A stretch of DNA of 64,000 nt from Acidobacteriota bacterium (GCA_019510095.1 JAEKLB010000021.1:872-64871); one strand, 5' to 3'; shown: positions 16,341 to 25,138, counted from the first letter of the stretch. Notes: generated by a model from the letters alone, not told the origin. Numbers and translations are program-made.

Positions 16341-17144
16341 CTACAGCGGCAGGCCGTGCTCTTCGAGGAAGGCCTGGGTGGTGGAGACGACCTGGCCGGT
16401 GTGGGCCATGGCGTCGGGTGAGGTGGCCAGCCAGCCGGCCACGCGGGCGGCCCACTCGACGGGGTTGCCTACGCCGGCTCGGGGGGTCGACTCCATCATG
16501 CGCACGATGATCTCGGTCCGGGTGAAGCCGGGGTCCAACGCGTAACAGCCGATGTTGTGCGGCTTCAGCTCGCGGGCCAGGGCGTTGGTCATCCGGCTCA
16601 CCATGGCCTTGGTCGAGCCGTACAGCACGGTCGGGTCGAGGGGACCCGACGGCGGCGGGTCGGCCGGGACGAGGTTGGCCGAGCGGGACGTGAGGTTGAT
16701 GACCGTGCCGCCACCGTCGACCATCTGCTTGGTGAGGAGCTGGGTGAGCACGAACGGCGCGGTCACATTGACGGTCACCGTGCGCTCGAACTGCTCGCGC
16801 GTCAGGTCCCACAGCGGCAGGAAGATCGCGTGCGCGGTGACCGCGGCGTTGTTCACCAGGACGTCGACATGGCCGAAGGCAGCGATGCTCTCGTCCACCA
16901 GCGACTCGGCGCCACCGGGCAAGCCGATGTCGACCTTGATGGCCGCCGCCTTGCGGCCCAGCGCCTCCACATCGGCGGCGGTGGCGTGGATGGTGCCGGG
17001 CGCCCGTTCGCTCTGAACCGTGCTGCGGCCGGCGACGATCACATCGGCGCCCAGGCGCGCCAGCTCGAGGGCAATCCCTCTGCCGATGCCACGCGCCGCG
17101 CCCGTCACGAGCGCGACCTTGCCGTCCAGGGGAGTTGCAGCCAT
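16341..17144 (-). CDS. SDR-family oxidoreductase
   Basis: 'GKVALVTGAARGIGRGIA', 'NNAA', 'YGSTK'. Alternative start at 17168. Confidence 0.85.
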   Translation of the reverse strand: MAATPLDGKVALVTGAARGIGRGIALELARLGADVIVAGRSTVQSERAPGTIHATAADVEALGRKAAAIKVDIGLPGGAESLVDESIAAFGHVDVLVNNAAVTAHAIFLPLWDLTREQFERTVTVNVTAPFVLTQLLTKQMVDGGGTVINLTSRSANLVPADPPPSGPLDPTVLYGSTKAMVSRMTNALARELKPHNIGCYALDPGFTRTEIIVRMMESTPRAGVGNPVEWAARVAGWLATSPDAMAHTGQVVSTTQAFLEEHGLPL

Positions 17145-17202
17145 GGCAGGAGTCTGCCCGAGGGGCACCGGGCGCGCCGGGCCGGCTGGTCCTGCTCGGT
17201 GG

Positions 17203-17358
17203 TCAGACGTTCAGATCGACGAGCTCGCTGCCCTCGTGGCGGGCTTCGGCGTCCTTCTTCAGCGAGACGCCGAGGACGGCGGCCAGTGCCGTCATGCTCA
17301 TGAGGAACACGACGGGGAACAGGACGAGGGCAGCGACGATGGCAATGGCTCCGGCCAT
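17203..17358 (-). CDS. 51-aa single-TM membrane protein
   Basis: 'MAGAIAIVAALVLFPVVFLMSMTALAAVLGVSLKKD...'. Starts 4 nt after the RidA stop. Confidence 0.45.
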   Translation of the reverse strand: MAGAIAIVAALVLFPVVFLMSMTALAAVLGVSLKKDAEARHEGSELVDLNV

Positions 17359-17362
17359 GGCC

Positions 17363-17725
17363 TCAGTCTGCCCCGACGTAGGCCCAGGCCTCGATCTCGA
17401 CCAGCGCTCCCATCGGTAGCTCGGCAACGCCGATCGAGGATCGGGCCGGGCGGTGCTCGCCGAATCCGGCGACGTACGCCTCGTTCATGGCTGGGAAGTC
17501 GGTGGCGAGGTGGCGGAGGAACACGGTCGTCTTGGCCACGTCGGCGAGGGACGCCCCCGCCCCTGCGAGCAGGGCCTGCAGGTTCTCGATGGCCTTGCTG
17601 AGCTGCTCCCCGACCCCGCCGTTCACCAGCTTCCCGTCGGCCATGCCGAGCTGGCCGGAGACGACCAACCAGTCACCCGCCCGCACCATCGGGGTGTACG
17701 GACCCACCGGTCCACTTGCGGCCAT
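17363..17725 (-). CDS. RidA/YjgF/TdcF-family protein
   Basis: 120 aa. 'PVGPYTPMVRAGDWLVVSGQLG...TTVFL...PARSSIGVAELPMGALVEIEAWA'. Confidence 0.85.
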   Translation of the reverse strand: MAASGPVGPYTPMVRAGDWLVVSGQLGMADGKLVNGGVGEQLSKAIENLQALLAGAGASLADVAKTTVFLRHLATDFPAMNEAYVAGFGEHRPARSSIGVAELPMGALVEIEAWAYVGAD

Positions 17726-17727
17726 GG

Positions 17728-19311
17728 TCAGCTCACCTTTCGATCCGTCGCCCGGCCGGTCGGCCAGTCCTGCGGGCAACCCTGCCCGATCCACGCTGCT
17801 GCCGCCACCGCGGCGAAGACGGCGTCGGACCCGTTCACCGGCTCGCTGACCGAGGGGACGATCTCGACCTCGACCGGTGGCATGTCCGATGCCCGCAGGA
17901 TGCCGAACGAGCGGATGGTGAGGTCCAGGGGCTCGCCGGCCTCGTCGAGGGCGAGGCCTTCGCTGCCGACCCACCCGAGCGCCATGTGAGCGGCGCCCAC
18001 GCAGTACGACCGCAGCACGATCTCGTCGAGCGGCCTGCCGCACTCGACGCGGACCCGAACCACCTCGTCGGTGACCGACGCGGTCGCGATTGCACCCGCG
18101 GTTGACCGAAGGGTGACGATCGGGTCGCCCGCCAGCGCGGCGAGCAGCGCCGCCGCCTCGGCCCAGCCGGCCGCCCGCACCGCGCTCGAGGTGGGCGGGC
18201 CGGCCACGTCGACCTCCTCCACGTGCAGCGCAGGTGCCATCGCCCTGATGGCCTCGGCGATGCCCGTGGTGCGCGCCACCCGCATCACGCCCGAACCGTC
18301 GGCACTGATCCCGGCGGCGACCGGCGGCCGCTTCGGCCCCATGCGTACAGCGTCTTCGCGTGAGAGCAACACCCGGACGGGCCGCCCGAGCTCATCGGCC
18401 AGCCGGCGGGCGACGGCGGGCACAACCGAGTCGACCTTGCCACCGAAGGCCCCGCCGTTGGCCAGCGGGCTCACGGGTTCGCCGCCGGGCACACACCACG
18501 ACGCGTCGGTCTCGAGGTAGCCGGGCTCGACCCACGACGTCCGCAGCACCACCGCCCAGTCGCCAGGTGGCAGCTCGAGGGGTGGCTGCGGCTCGAGCGA
18601 CGAACGTCGGCCCTGGACCTTGCCTGCCGCCCGCCGGGCATCGGCCAAGGTCTCACCGGTCGCCCACCCCCCGGCACCGTCGGGCACCGCGACCATTGCA
18701 TCGACGGGGGCGGTGTCGTCGGCGAAGCCGGCCGCCCCGAGCGGTACGTCGTGGTCGACCCGTTGGGCGGCGTGGCCCTCGATGGTCGCTCGCCGGGCAG
18801 CAGCGTCGAGATCGCGTGCCGGGCCCGGCGTGCCGTAGGCGTGCCAGGCGTCGAGGACGGTCCGCCAGCCCGTGCACCGGCACAGGTGCGCCGCCAGCGA
18901 CCGCTCGACCTCGGCGTCGCCGGCCTCCGGCTTGCCGGCCCGCAGCCCTGACAGTCGACAGATGATCCCGGGCGTGCAGAAGCCGCACTGCGAGCCACCG
19001 GTAGCGAGGAACGCCTCGGCCCACGCGGCGCGCTCATCGGGAGCCAACCCGTCGACCGTGGTGACCACCCGATTGCCGACCCGGCGGGCCGGGGTCACGC
19101 ACGCGACCCGGGGGGCGCCGTCGATGAGCACCGTGCAACACCCGCACTGGCCCTGGGGACTGCAGCCGTCCTTGGGACTGGTGATCCCGAGCCGGTCGCG
19201 GAGCACCTCGAGAAGCGACGACCCGTCGTCGGGCACCTCCACTGGTCGCCCGTCGACGACCAGGGTGAGGGTGGCAGGCACGACGGCCGAGGATAGGTTT
19301 CGCGACCTCAT
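17728..19311 (-). CDS. Fused [2Fe-2S]-binding / short xanthine-dehydrogenase-family molybdopterin-type protein
   Basis: 'CSPQGQCGCCTV', 'SQCGFCTPG', 'HLCRCTGW', then 'GGAFGGK' and 'SREDAVRMGPKRPP'. Alternative GTG start at 19281. Confidence 0.75.
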   Translation of the reverse strand: MRSRNLSSAVVPATLTLVVDGRPVEVPDDGSSLLEVLRDRLGITSPKDGCSPQGQCGCCTVLIDGAPRVACVTPARRVGNRVVTTVDGLAPDERAAWAEAFLATGGSQCGFCTPGIICRLSGLRAGKPEAGDAEVERSLAAHLCRCTGWRTVLDAWHAYGTPGPARDLDAAARRATIEGHAAQRVDHDVPLGAAGFADDTAPVDAMVAVPDGAGGWATGETLADARRAAGKVQGRRSSLEPQPPLELPPGDWAVVLRTSWVEPGYLETDASWCVPGGEPVSPLANGGAFGGKVDSVVPAVARRLADELGRPVRVLLSREDAVRMGPKRPPVAAGISADGSGVMRVARTTGIAEAIRAMAPALHVEEVDVAGPPTSSAVRAAGWAEAAALLAALAGDPIVTLRSTAGAIATASVTDEVVRVRVECGRPLDEIVLRSYCVGAAHMALGWVGSEGLALDEAGEPLDLTIRSFGILRASDMPPVEVEIVPSVSEPVNGSDAVFAAVAAAAWIGQGCPQDWPTGRATDRKVS

Positions 19312-20164
19312 GCCCCTGACCCGCCGGCAACTGCTGCTCACCGGGACTGCGGCAGCTGCCCTGGCTGCGTGCGGCGGTGGGAGCAGCGAACCGAAGGCGA
19401 AGACCGACGGCTTGCTGTTGTACGCCGCCTTCCGCCCTGAGGCCCCCGTCGGCCAGCCGGCGCGGTTCCCCCTCGCCCTCGCGGCGGCCGACGGCAGCCT
19501 CGACCTCGACCGACCGCCGGCCACCATCGATGTCGCCCTGCGGTCCCCCGACGGCACGACAACCGAGCTCGGCACCGTCAAGCGTCACGCCCGGGGGATC
19601 CCTCGGGGCTACTACCCCGTGCACGCCACCTTGCCGGCCGCCGGGGCGTGGACCTTCGTGGTGACTGCTGGGGCCCAGCAGCTGACCACCAAGGTGACAG
19701 CCCAGCCGGCGGGGGCGCTGGCCAGCGTGCCCGGACCCGGCGACGTGCTTCCCCGCATCCCGACCCCGACCGTCGACAACCACCGCGGGGTGCGCCCGAT
19801 CTGCACCCGCGATCCGCAGTGCCCGTTCCATGCGGTGAGCCTCGATGCCGCCATCGGCAAGGGGGGGCCGATCGTGTTCCTGGTCTCGACCCCGGCCTAC
19901 TGCCAGACGGCCATCTGCGGGCCGGTGCTCGATCTGGTCGTCGCCCGCCGGTCGCAGTTCGAGGCGGCCGGGGCCACCGTGATCCACGCCGAGGTCTACG
20001 TCGACGACAAGGCCCAGCAGACAACCGACGCGGTCAACGCCCTCGGCCTGACCTACGAGCCGGCCCTGTTCCTGGCCGCGCCGGACGGCACCGTCAACGA
20101 GCGGCTGGACTACACCTTCGACGCGACCGAGCTGAGCGAGGCGCTCAGCCGTCTCCTGCCCTGA
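19310..20164 (+). CDS. Tat-signal lipoprotein with Cys-rich thioredoxin-fold-like C-terminal domain
   Basis: 'MPLTRRQLLLTGTAAAALAAC' (twin-Arg plus lipobox Cys). C-terminal 'CTRDPQCPFH...YCQTAICGP'. The fold assignment is a guess. Confidence 0.65.
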   Translation: MPLTRRQLLLTGTAAAALAACGGGSSEPKAKTDGLLLYAAFRPEAPVGQPARFPLALAAADGSLDLDRPPATIDVALRSPDGTTTELGTVKRHARGIPRGYYPVHATLPAAGAWTFVVTAGAQQLTTKVTAQPAGALASVPGPGDVLPRIPTPTVDNHRGVRPICTRDPQCPFHAVSLDAAIGKGGPIVFLVSTPAYCQTAICGPVLDLVVARRSQFEAAGATVIHAEVYVDDKAQQTTDAVNALGLTYEPALFLAAPDGTVNERLDYTFDATELSEALSRLLP

Positions 20165-20167
20165 GAC

Positions 20168-20488
20168 TCAGGAGAAGGAGTTGCCGCAGCCGCAGGTGCG
20201 GGTGGCGTTGGGGTTCTCGATGGCGAAGCCAGCGCCCTGGAGCCCGTCCTTGAAGTCGAGGATGGCGCCCGTGAGGAGGTCGGCACTCGAGGGGTCGACG
20301 ACGACCCGGACCCCGGCGACGTCGTACTTCACGTCGTCGGCGGCAATGTCGGAGTCGAAGAACATCTCGTAGCTGAACCCCGAGCAGCCACCGGGACGGA
20401 CGGCAACACGCAGGCTCAGCTCGGCGTCGCCTTCCGCCTCGATGAGGGACTTGACCTTCACCGCAGCGCTGTCAGTGAGCGTGATCAC
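20168..20488 (-). CDS. erpA: Iron-sulfur cluster insertion protein (HesB/IscA/ErpA family)
   Basis: 'RVAVRPGGCSGFSY...' and C-terminal 'CGCGNSFS'. Confidence 0.9.
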   Translation of the reverse strand: MITLTDSAAVKVKSLIEAEGDAELSLRVAVRPGGCSGFSYEMFFDSDIAADDVKYDVAGVRVVVDPSSADLLTGAILDFKDGLQGAGFAIENPNATRTCGCGNSFS

Positions 20489-20497
20489 GTTCCCAGA

Positions 20498-21190
20498 CTA
20501 CCCGGCAGCCAGCTCGACACGACAGGGCAGGCGGTCGACAAGGGACCGGAACCTGGTGACCGCCATCCCACCGGCCTCCTCGACGAAGCCCTCGACCATG
20601 CCCCGATGGAGGCTGCAGACCAGGTGCGGGTGGGCCTCGGCCAAGGTGGCAAAGGGGCAGTGGGTGAAGGCGATGGTCGTGCCCGACTCGTCGGCGGCCA
20701 CCGCCGGGTCGAAGCCGAAGGTGGCGAGGTCGTCGGCCAGGGCGGCCAGGCAGGTCGCCGCCGCGACTGCCTGCGACTCGTCGGCACCGAAGCCGGCCTG
20801 CTGGGCGGCCATCCGGCCCCGGGACCGGCCGATCTCGGTGGCCTCCTCGGGCGTGGCCCCGCTGACGGCAGCCACGCCGGCCAGCATGGCGGCCAACAGC
20901 GGCATCGCCGAGGGTTCGAGCCCGAGCGACGGGGCGTCGGGAGCGAGGGAGTAGCGGTGGTGGGGCCGGCCCACACCTCCCCGGCTCTCGCTCTCGACCT
21001 GGAGCAGGCCGACGTCGCGCATCCGCTCGAGGTGGGGCCGGACGGTGTTGGCGTGAAGGTCGAGGGAGTCGGCCACCTCGGCCGTGGTCAGCGGCCGGGG
21101 CGACCGCGCCAGCTCGAGGTAGATCGCGTACCGGGTGTTGTCGCCGAGCGCCTTGAGCAGCGCCAAACGGGACGCGACCCGATCAGGCAT
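20498..21190 (-). CDS. ArsR-type winged-HTH regulator with Cys-bearing C-terminal domain (SufR-like)
   Basis: 'LKALGDNTRYAIYLELARSPRPLTTAEVADSLDLHANTVRPHLERM'. C-terminal Cys residues include 'HCPF-x-...-VC' (C-x13-C). 9 nt upstream of erpA on the same strand. Confidence 0.75.
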   Translation of the reverse strand: MPDRVASRLALLKALGDNTRYAIYLELARSPRPLTTAEVADSLDLHANTVRPHLERMRDVGLLQVESESRGGVGRPHHRYSLAPDAPSLGLEPSAMPLLAAMLAGVAAVSGATPEEATEIGRSRGRMAAQQAGFGADESQAVAAATCLAALADDLATFGFDPAVAADESGTTIAFTHCPFATLAEAHPHLVCSLHRGMVEGFVEEAGGMAVTRFRSLVDRLPCRVELAAG

Positions 21191-21218
21191 CGGCCCAAGT
21201 TTACGCGGGGGTCGCCGG

Positions 21219-21224
21219 TAGAAT
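21219..21224 (+). promoter_or_regulatory. -10 element TAGAAT, predicting a near-leaderless mrp/apbC transcript
   Basis: TAGAAT ends 8 nt before the ATG at 21233. No SD sequence lies between them. Confidence 0.35.
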
Positions 21225-21232
21225 CGTCGGCG

Positions 21233-22444
21233 ATGCCCCCGGAGCCCGCCGCGAGGGGTTCGGTCGCCACGAGCACAGCCACCCCTGCTCCAGTCGGCAG
21301 GGACGATGTCCTGGGCCTGCTGCGTGGGGTCGTCGATCCCGAGCTCGGCAGCGACGTCGTCGACCTCGGCATGATCCGCGACGTCGAGATCGGCAAGGGC
21401 GGGCACATCGGCGTCACCGTCGCCCTCACCATCGCCGGCTGCCCGCTCAAGGCCCAGCTCGACAACGACATCCACGCCCGGCTGCTCGGGCATCCGGGCG
21501 TGACCGGCATCGACATCAGCTGGACGGAGATGACCGACGAGGAACGCAGTGCCTGCATGGCGCGGGCCCGGTGGAACGCAACCCAGCGGGCCGGCACCAC
21601 GACGATCCCTCCAACCACCCGGGTGCTGGCGATCGCCTCCGGGAAGGGCGGCGTCGGCAAGTCGTCGGTGACCGCCAACCTCGCCGTCGGTCTAGCCGCC
21701 GACGGCTTCGCGGTGGGTGTGCTCGACGCCGACATCGGCGGCTTCTCCCAGCCCCGCATGCTCGGGGTCGAGGGCCGGCTCGAGGGTGCGAACGACGAGA
21801 AGAAGATGGTGCCCCACCGCCGGGACTTCGGCTCCGGCTTCGTCGAGGTGGTCTCGATGGGCTTCCTCGTCGACGACGAGCAGTCGGCCCTGACCTGGCG
21901 GGGCCAGACCTTGAACCGGGCGGTCCAGCACTTCCTCGAGGACGTGCGCTGGAGCGACGACCTCGACTACCTGCTCATCGACATGCCGCCGGGCACCGGC
22001 GACATCCAGATGGGCCTGGCCCGCATGCTCCCCCGCACCGAGGTGCTGCTGGTCACGACGCCGGCACTGGCGGCGCAGAAGGTGGCGGCCCGGGCCGCCG
22101 ACCTGGCCCGCAAGACCTACCTCCGCGTCGTCGGCGTCATCGAGAACATGACATCGTTCACCTGCGACCACGGCACCAGCTACGCCCTGTTTGGCGAAGG
22201 TGGTGGCGAGACGCTCGCGCACGACATCGGGGCGCCCCTGCTCGGCGCCATCCCGCTCGAGCCGAGCGTCGTCCTCGGCGGCGACATCGGCACGCCAGCC
22301 GTGCTCGGCGACGGCGCCGCCGCCGAGGCCTTTCGTGCCCTGGTCCGCACGATTGCCACCGAGGCGGCACCGCCCGTCGACATGGCCGGGTGCTCGGCCC
22401 GCCTGCTCGACAAGGTCGAGGCTGCCCTCGGCCCAACACCCTGA
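21233..22444 (+). CDS. Mrp/NBP35/ApbC-family Fe-S cluster carrier ATPase with N-terminal DUF59 domain
   Basis: 'VVDPELGSDVVDLGMIRDV' (DUF59), 'ASGKGGVGKSS', 'DMPPGTGD', 'CxxC'-type region 'FTCDHG'. Confidence 0.9.
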   Translation: MPPEPAARGSVATSTATPAPVGRDDVLGLLRGVVDPELGSDVVDLGMIRDVEIGKGGHIGVTVALTIAGCPLKAQLDNDIHARLLGHPGVTGIDISWTEMTDEERSACMARARWNATQRAGTTTIPPTTRVLAIASGKGGVGKSSVTANLAVGLAADGFAVGVLDADIGGFSQPRMLGVEGRLEGANDEKKMVPHRRDFGSGFVEVVSMGFLVDDEQSALTWRGQTLNRAVQHFLEDVRWSDDLDYLLIDMPPGTGDIQMGLARMLPRTEVLLVTTPALAAQKVAARAADLARKTYLRVVGVIENMTSFTCDHGTSYALFGEGGGETLAHDIGAPLLGAIPLEPSVVLGGDIGTPAVLGDGAAAEAFRALVRTIATEAAPPVDMAGCSARLLDKVEAALGPTP

Positions 22445-22453
22445 CCCACGCGC

Positions 22454-23146
22454 TCAGCGCGGCGGCCACCGCCCTTTGGTGCCTTCGTCCTGGGCGATGA
22501 CCGCTTCCCAGTAGCCGCGTGCCACTGCGTCGGTGAGCTTGTCCATGGCCGGCAGGATGCGGGTGAGGAGCGCCGAGAGCGCCGGCCCCGGGGCGCGGGC
22601 CTGCGGCGCGGCGACCTCCACCGCGGTGCGCACGAGCAGATCGCGCGAGATCCTCAGCACGACGAGCAGCTGCGTGAGCGACGACCCGGTCCAGGCGGCG
22701 TCGGCACCGACCTCCTCCAGCTCGACCCCAACGTCACCGGTGTCGGACCGGCCGGTGATGGCCAGGATCGCCTGCAGCCGCTCCCGTGACTGCTCGACGA
22801 AGCGGGCCTCCTCGGCTGATGTCCACCATCGAGTCACGTCGGGGAACGCCGACCGGAACATGCCGACACCTCGCCGTGCCATCTCCTCGGCCCGGGCGTC
22901 GATGGCCTCGACGAGCGAGTCGATCTCGATTGCCGTCGGCCCCGGTTCGGCCAGGGCGTCGTCGGCCAGGTCGGACAGGCGGGCGAGGAGGGCTTTCACG
23001 TCGTCGACCGCGAAGAGCGGCCCGGGCGCGGCGACCCGTAGGTAACCGGCCCGCGCCAGGACGTCGACGGCCGCCTCATCGAGGGCAACCACACGGGCCG
23101 CCTCGGTGAGGCCGATCAAGCGGGCGGTTCCCGCAGGACTGTCCAT
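22454..23146 (-). CDS. Hypothetical protein with N-terminal HTH-like segment
   Basis: ATG 23146 has GGGAGG 6 nt upstream. 'ARLIGLTEAARVVALDEAAVDVLARAGYL'. No family recognised. Confidence 0.6.
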   Translation of the reverse strand: MDSPAGTARLIGLTEAARVVALDEAAVDVLARAGYLRVAAPGPLFAVDDVKALLARLSDLADDALAEPGPTAIEIDSLVEAIDARAEEMARRGVGMFRSAFPDVTRWWTSAEEARFVEQSRERLQAILAITGRSDTGDVGVELEEVGADAAWTGSSLTQLLVVLRISRDLLVRTAVEVAAPQARAPGPALSALLTRILPAMDKLTDAVARGYWEAVIAQDEGTKGRWPPR

Positions 23147-23192
23147 CACGTGCCTCCCGTGTGAACTTCGCCACCGGGGAGCGGCTTCCCTC

Positions 23193-23624
23193 TCAGGGAA
23201 GCTCGATGAAGCCCCCACCGCGCGGATCGTCGGGACGTCGCGGCCCTGATGAGCCGGGGCTGGCGACGCGGGTCTCGATGCGACCGCGGAGCATCCGGCG
23301 CACCACGGCGCGGACCGGCGGCAGCATCAGCGACAGCCCGAGAATGTCGGTGAGGAAGCCGGGCGCGATCATCAAGGCGCCACCGACGAGGATGAGCAGC
23401 CCGTCGAGGAGCTCGGCCGCCGGCACCCGGCCCTCGCTCATGGCGAGCTGCACCCGGCGGAGGACGCTCAGACCCTCGTGCTTCACCAGCCAGCTGCCGA
23501 GCGCGCCCATGAGGAGAAGCAGGCCGATCGTGTTGAGCACGCCGATCGCCGCGCCGACCTTGATGATCACGGCGAGCTCGACGATCGGCAGCACGACGAA
23601 CACGAGGAAGAGCACCCCCAGCAC
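23193..23624 (-). CDS. fxsA: FxsA-family cytoplasmic membrane protein
   Basis: 'FVVLPIVELAVIIKVGAAIG...LVGGALMIAPGFLTDILG'. Confidence 0.8.
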   Translation of the reverse strand: MLGVLFLVFVVLPIVELAVIIKVGAAIGVLNTIGLLLLMGALGSWLVKHEGLSVLRRVQLAMSEGRVPAAELLDGLLILVGGALMIAPGFLTDILGLSLMLPPVRAVVRRMLRGRIETRVASPGSSGPRRPDDPRGGGFIELP

Positions 23625-23679
23625 GGCGTCATCCTACGAAGAGGTTCCGGTCATGACGAGGTGCTCCCCCTCGCGCGTG

Positions 23680-23717
23680 GTCACGCGCAGGAAACAGACC
23701 GGACCATGACAGGACAC
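23680..23717 (+). promoter_or_regulatory. GlnR-type operator upstream of urtA
   Basis: GTCAC-gcgcag-GAAAC-agaccg-GACCA-tgacag-GACAC. The first two pentamers match the gTnAc-n6-GaAAc consensus exactly. All four sit on an 11-bp register, 60-97 nt upstream of the urtA ATG. Confidence 0.45.
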
Positions 23718-23776
23718 ATGCCTTGCGTACGTTCCGCGGCCGTACACATCCGTACCGGATCGAAAAGGGAGCGTAA

Positions 23777-25045
23777 ATGTCCATGAAGGCGCAGTTCCGA
23801 CCACTCGTGGTCGCCGTCGCTGCGCTGTCGCTCTTCGCGGCAGCGTGCGGCTCGGACAAGAAATCATCCAGCGACAGCGCCTCCGGGACCAAGGACGCGG
23901 CGGCGGCCTCATCGGACACGTGCGTCACCGGTAGCTCCGTCAAGCTCGGGTTCCTGAACTCGACCTCGGGCGCCATGGCCATCAGCGAGCAGACGGTCCG
24001 TGACTCGCTCATGCTCGCCGCTTCGGAGATCAACGCCGGCGGCGGGATCATGGGCAAGAAGATCAAGTTCATCGAGGAGGACGGCCAGAGCGAGCCGACC
24101 GTGTTCGCCGAGAAGATCGGCAAGCTCCTCACCGAGGACAAGGTCGCCGCCGTGTTCGGTGGTTGGACCTCCGCCTCCCGCAAGGCGATGCTGCCGGTCG
24201 TCGAAGGCGCCAACGGGCTCCTCTTCTACCCGGTGCAGTACGAAGGCCTCGAGGCGTCGAAGAACATCTACTACACCGGCGCCACGACCAACCAGCAGAT
24301 CATCCCGGCCATGGACTTCCTCAAGTCCAAGGGCGTGAAGACCCTGTTCCTCGCCGGCTCCGACTACGTGTTCCCCCGCACGGCGAACAAGATCATCAAG
24401 CAGTACGCCAAGGTGCTCGGCATCCAGATCGTGGGTGAGGAGTACGTCCCGCTCACCAGCGACGACTGGACGACCCAGGTCGCCAAGATCGCCGCTGCCA
24501 AGCCTGACTTCGTGTTCAACACGATCAACGGCTCGTCGAACGTGGGCTTCATCAAGGCGTACCACGAGGCTGGTCTCGGGGCGACCAAGTCGCCGATCAT
24601 CTCGGTGTCGATCGCCGAGGAGGAGGCGCCGGCCATGGGTGTGAACCTGACGGGTCAGTACGCCGCCTGGAACTACTTCGAGAGCGTCAAGAGCCCGGCG
24701 AACACCGCCTTCATCAAGGCCTTCCAGGCCAAGTACGGCGCCAACCGAGTGACGTCGGACCCGATGGAAGCGGCCTACACCTCGCTGTACCTCTACAAGG
24801 GCATGGTCGAGAAGGCCAAGTCGTTCTGCGTCGATGCGGTGAACGCATCGTCCGGTGGCGTGTCCTACGCCGCACCCGAAGGCACGGTCGTCGTCAACGG
24901 CGAGAACCACCACATCGCCAAGACCGGCCTGATCGGCCAGATCAACGCGAGCAACCAGTTCGACGTCGTGTGGTCCTCGGGGAAGCCGATTGAGCCCGAT
25001 CCCTTCCTCAAGGGCTACCCGTGGTGGAACCCCAACCAGGGGTAA
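23777..25045 (+). CDS. urtA: Urea ABC transporter substrate-binding lipoprotein
   Basis: Lipobox 'LFAAAC'. Type I periplasmic-binding-fold (Leu/Ile/Val-binding-like) sequence. First gene of the urtABCDE-ure run. SD AAAAGGGAG. Confidence 0.92.
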   Translation: MSMKAQFRPLVVAVAALSLFAAACGSDKKSSSDSASGTKDAAAASSDTCVTGSSVKLGFLNSTSGAMAISEQTVRDSLMLAASEINAGGGIMGKKIKFIEEDGQSEPTVFAEKIGKLLTEDKVAAVFGGWTSASRKAMLPVVEGANGLLFYPVQYEGLEASKNIYYTGATTNQQIIPAMDFLKSKGVKTLFLAGSDYVFPRTANKIIKQYAKVLGIQIVGEEYVPLTSDDWTTQVAKIAAAKPDFVFNTINGSSNVGFIKAYHEAGLGATKSPIISVSIAEEEAPAMGVNLTGQYAAWNYFESVKSPANTAFIKAFQAKYGANRVTSDPMEAAYTSLYLYKGMVEKAKSFCVDAVNASSGGVSYAAPEGTVVVNGENHHIAKTGLIGQINASNQFDVVWSSGKPIEPDPFLKGYPWWNPNQG

Positions 25046-25067
25046 CGCCACGGTCCCTGCCGTAGCC

Positions 25068-25099
25068 GGGGGTGCCGCGCGGTCACGCGCGGCACCCCC
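25068..25099 (+). terminator. Perfect 14-bp hairpin after urtA (intra-operon attenuator / mRNA stabiliser candidate)
   Basis: GGGGGTGCCGCGCG-gtca-CGCGCGGCACCCCC. No U-tract. Confidence 0.5.
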
Positions 25100-25138
25100 G
25101 CACCAACTCCTGCAAGCCCGGCTCCCGAAGGCACCGCG

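Noticed and set aside
23727-23756. Three GTAC-containing motifs (GTACG, GTACA, GTACC) upstream of urtA as additional GlnR sites.
   Set aside because: The spacings (15 and 10 nt) are irregular and the pentamers do not fit gTnAc/GaAAc.
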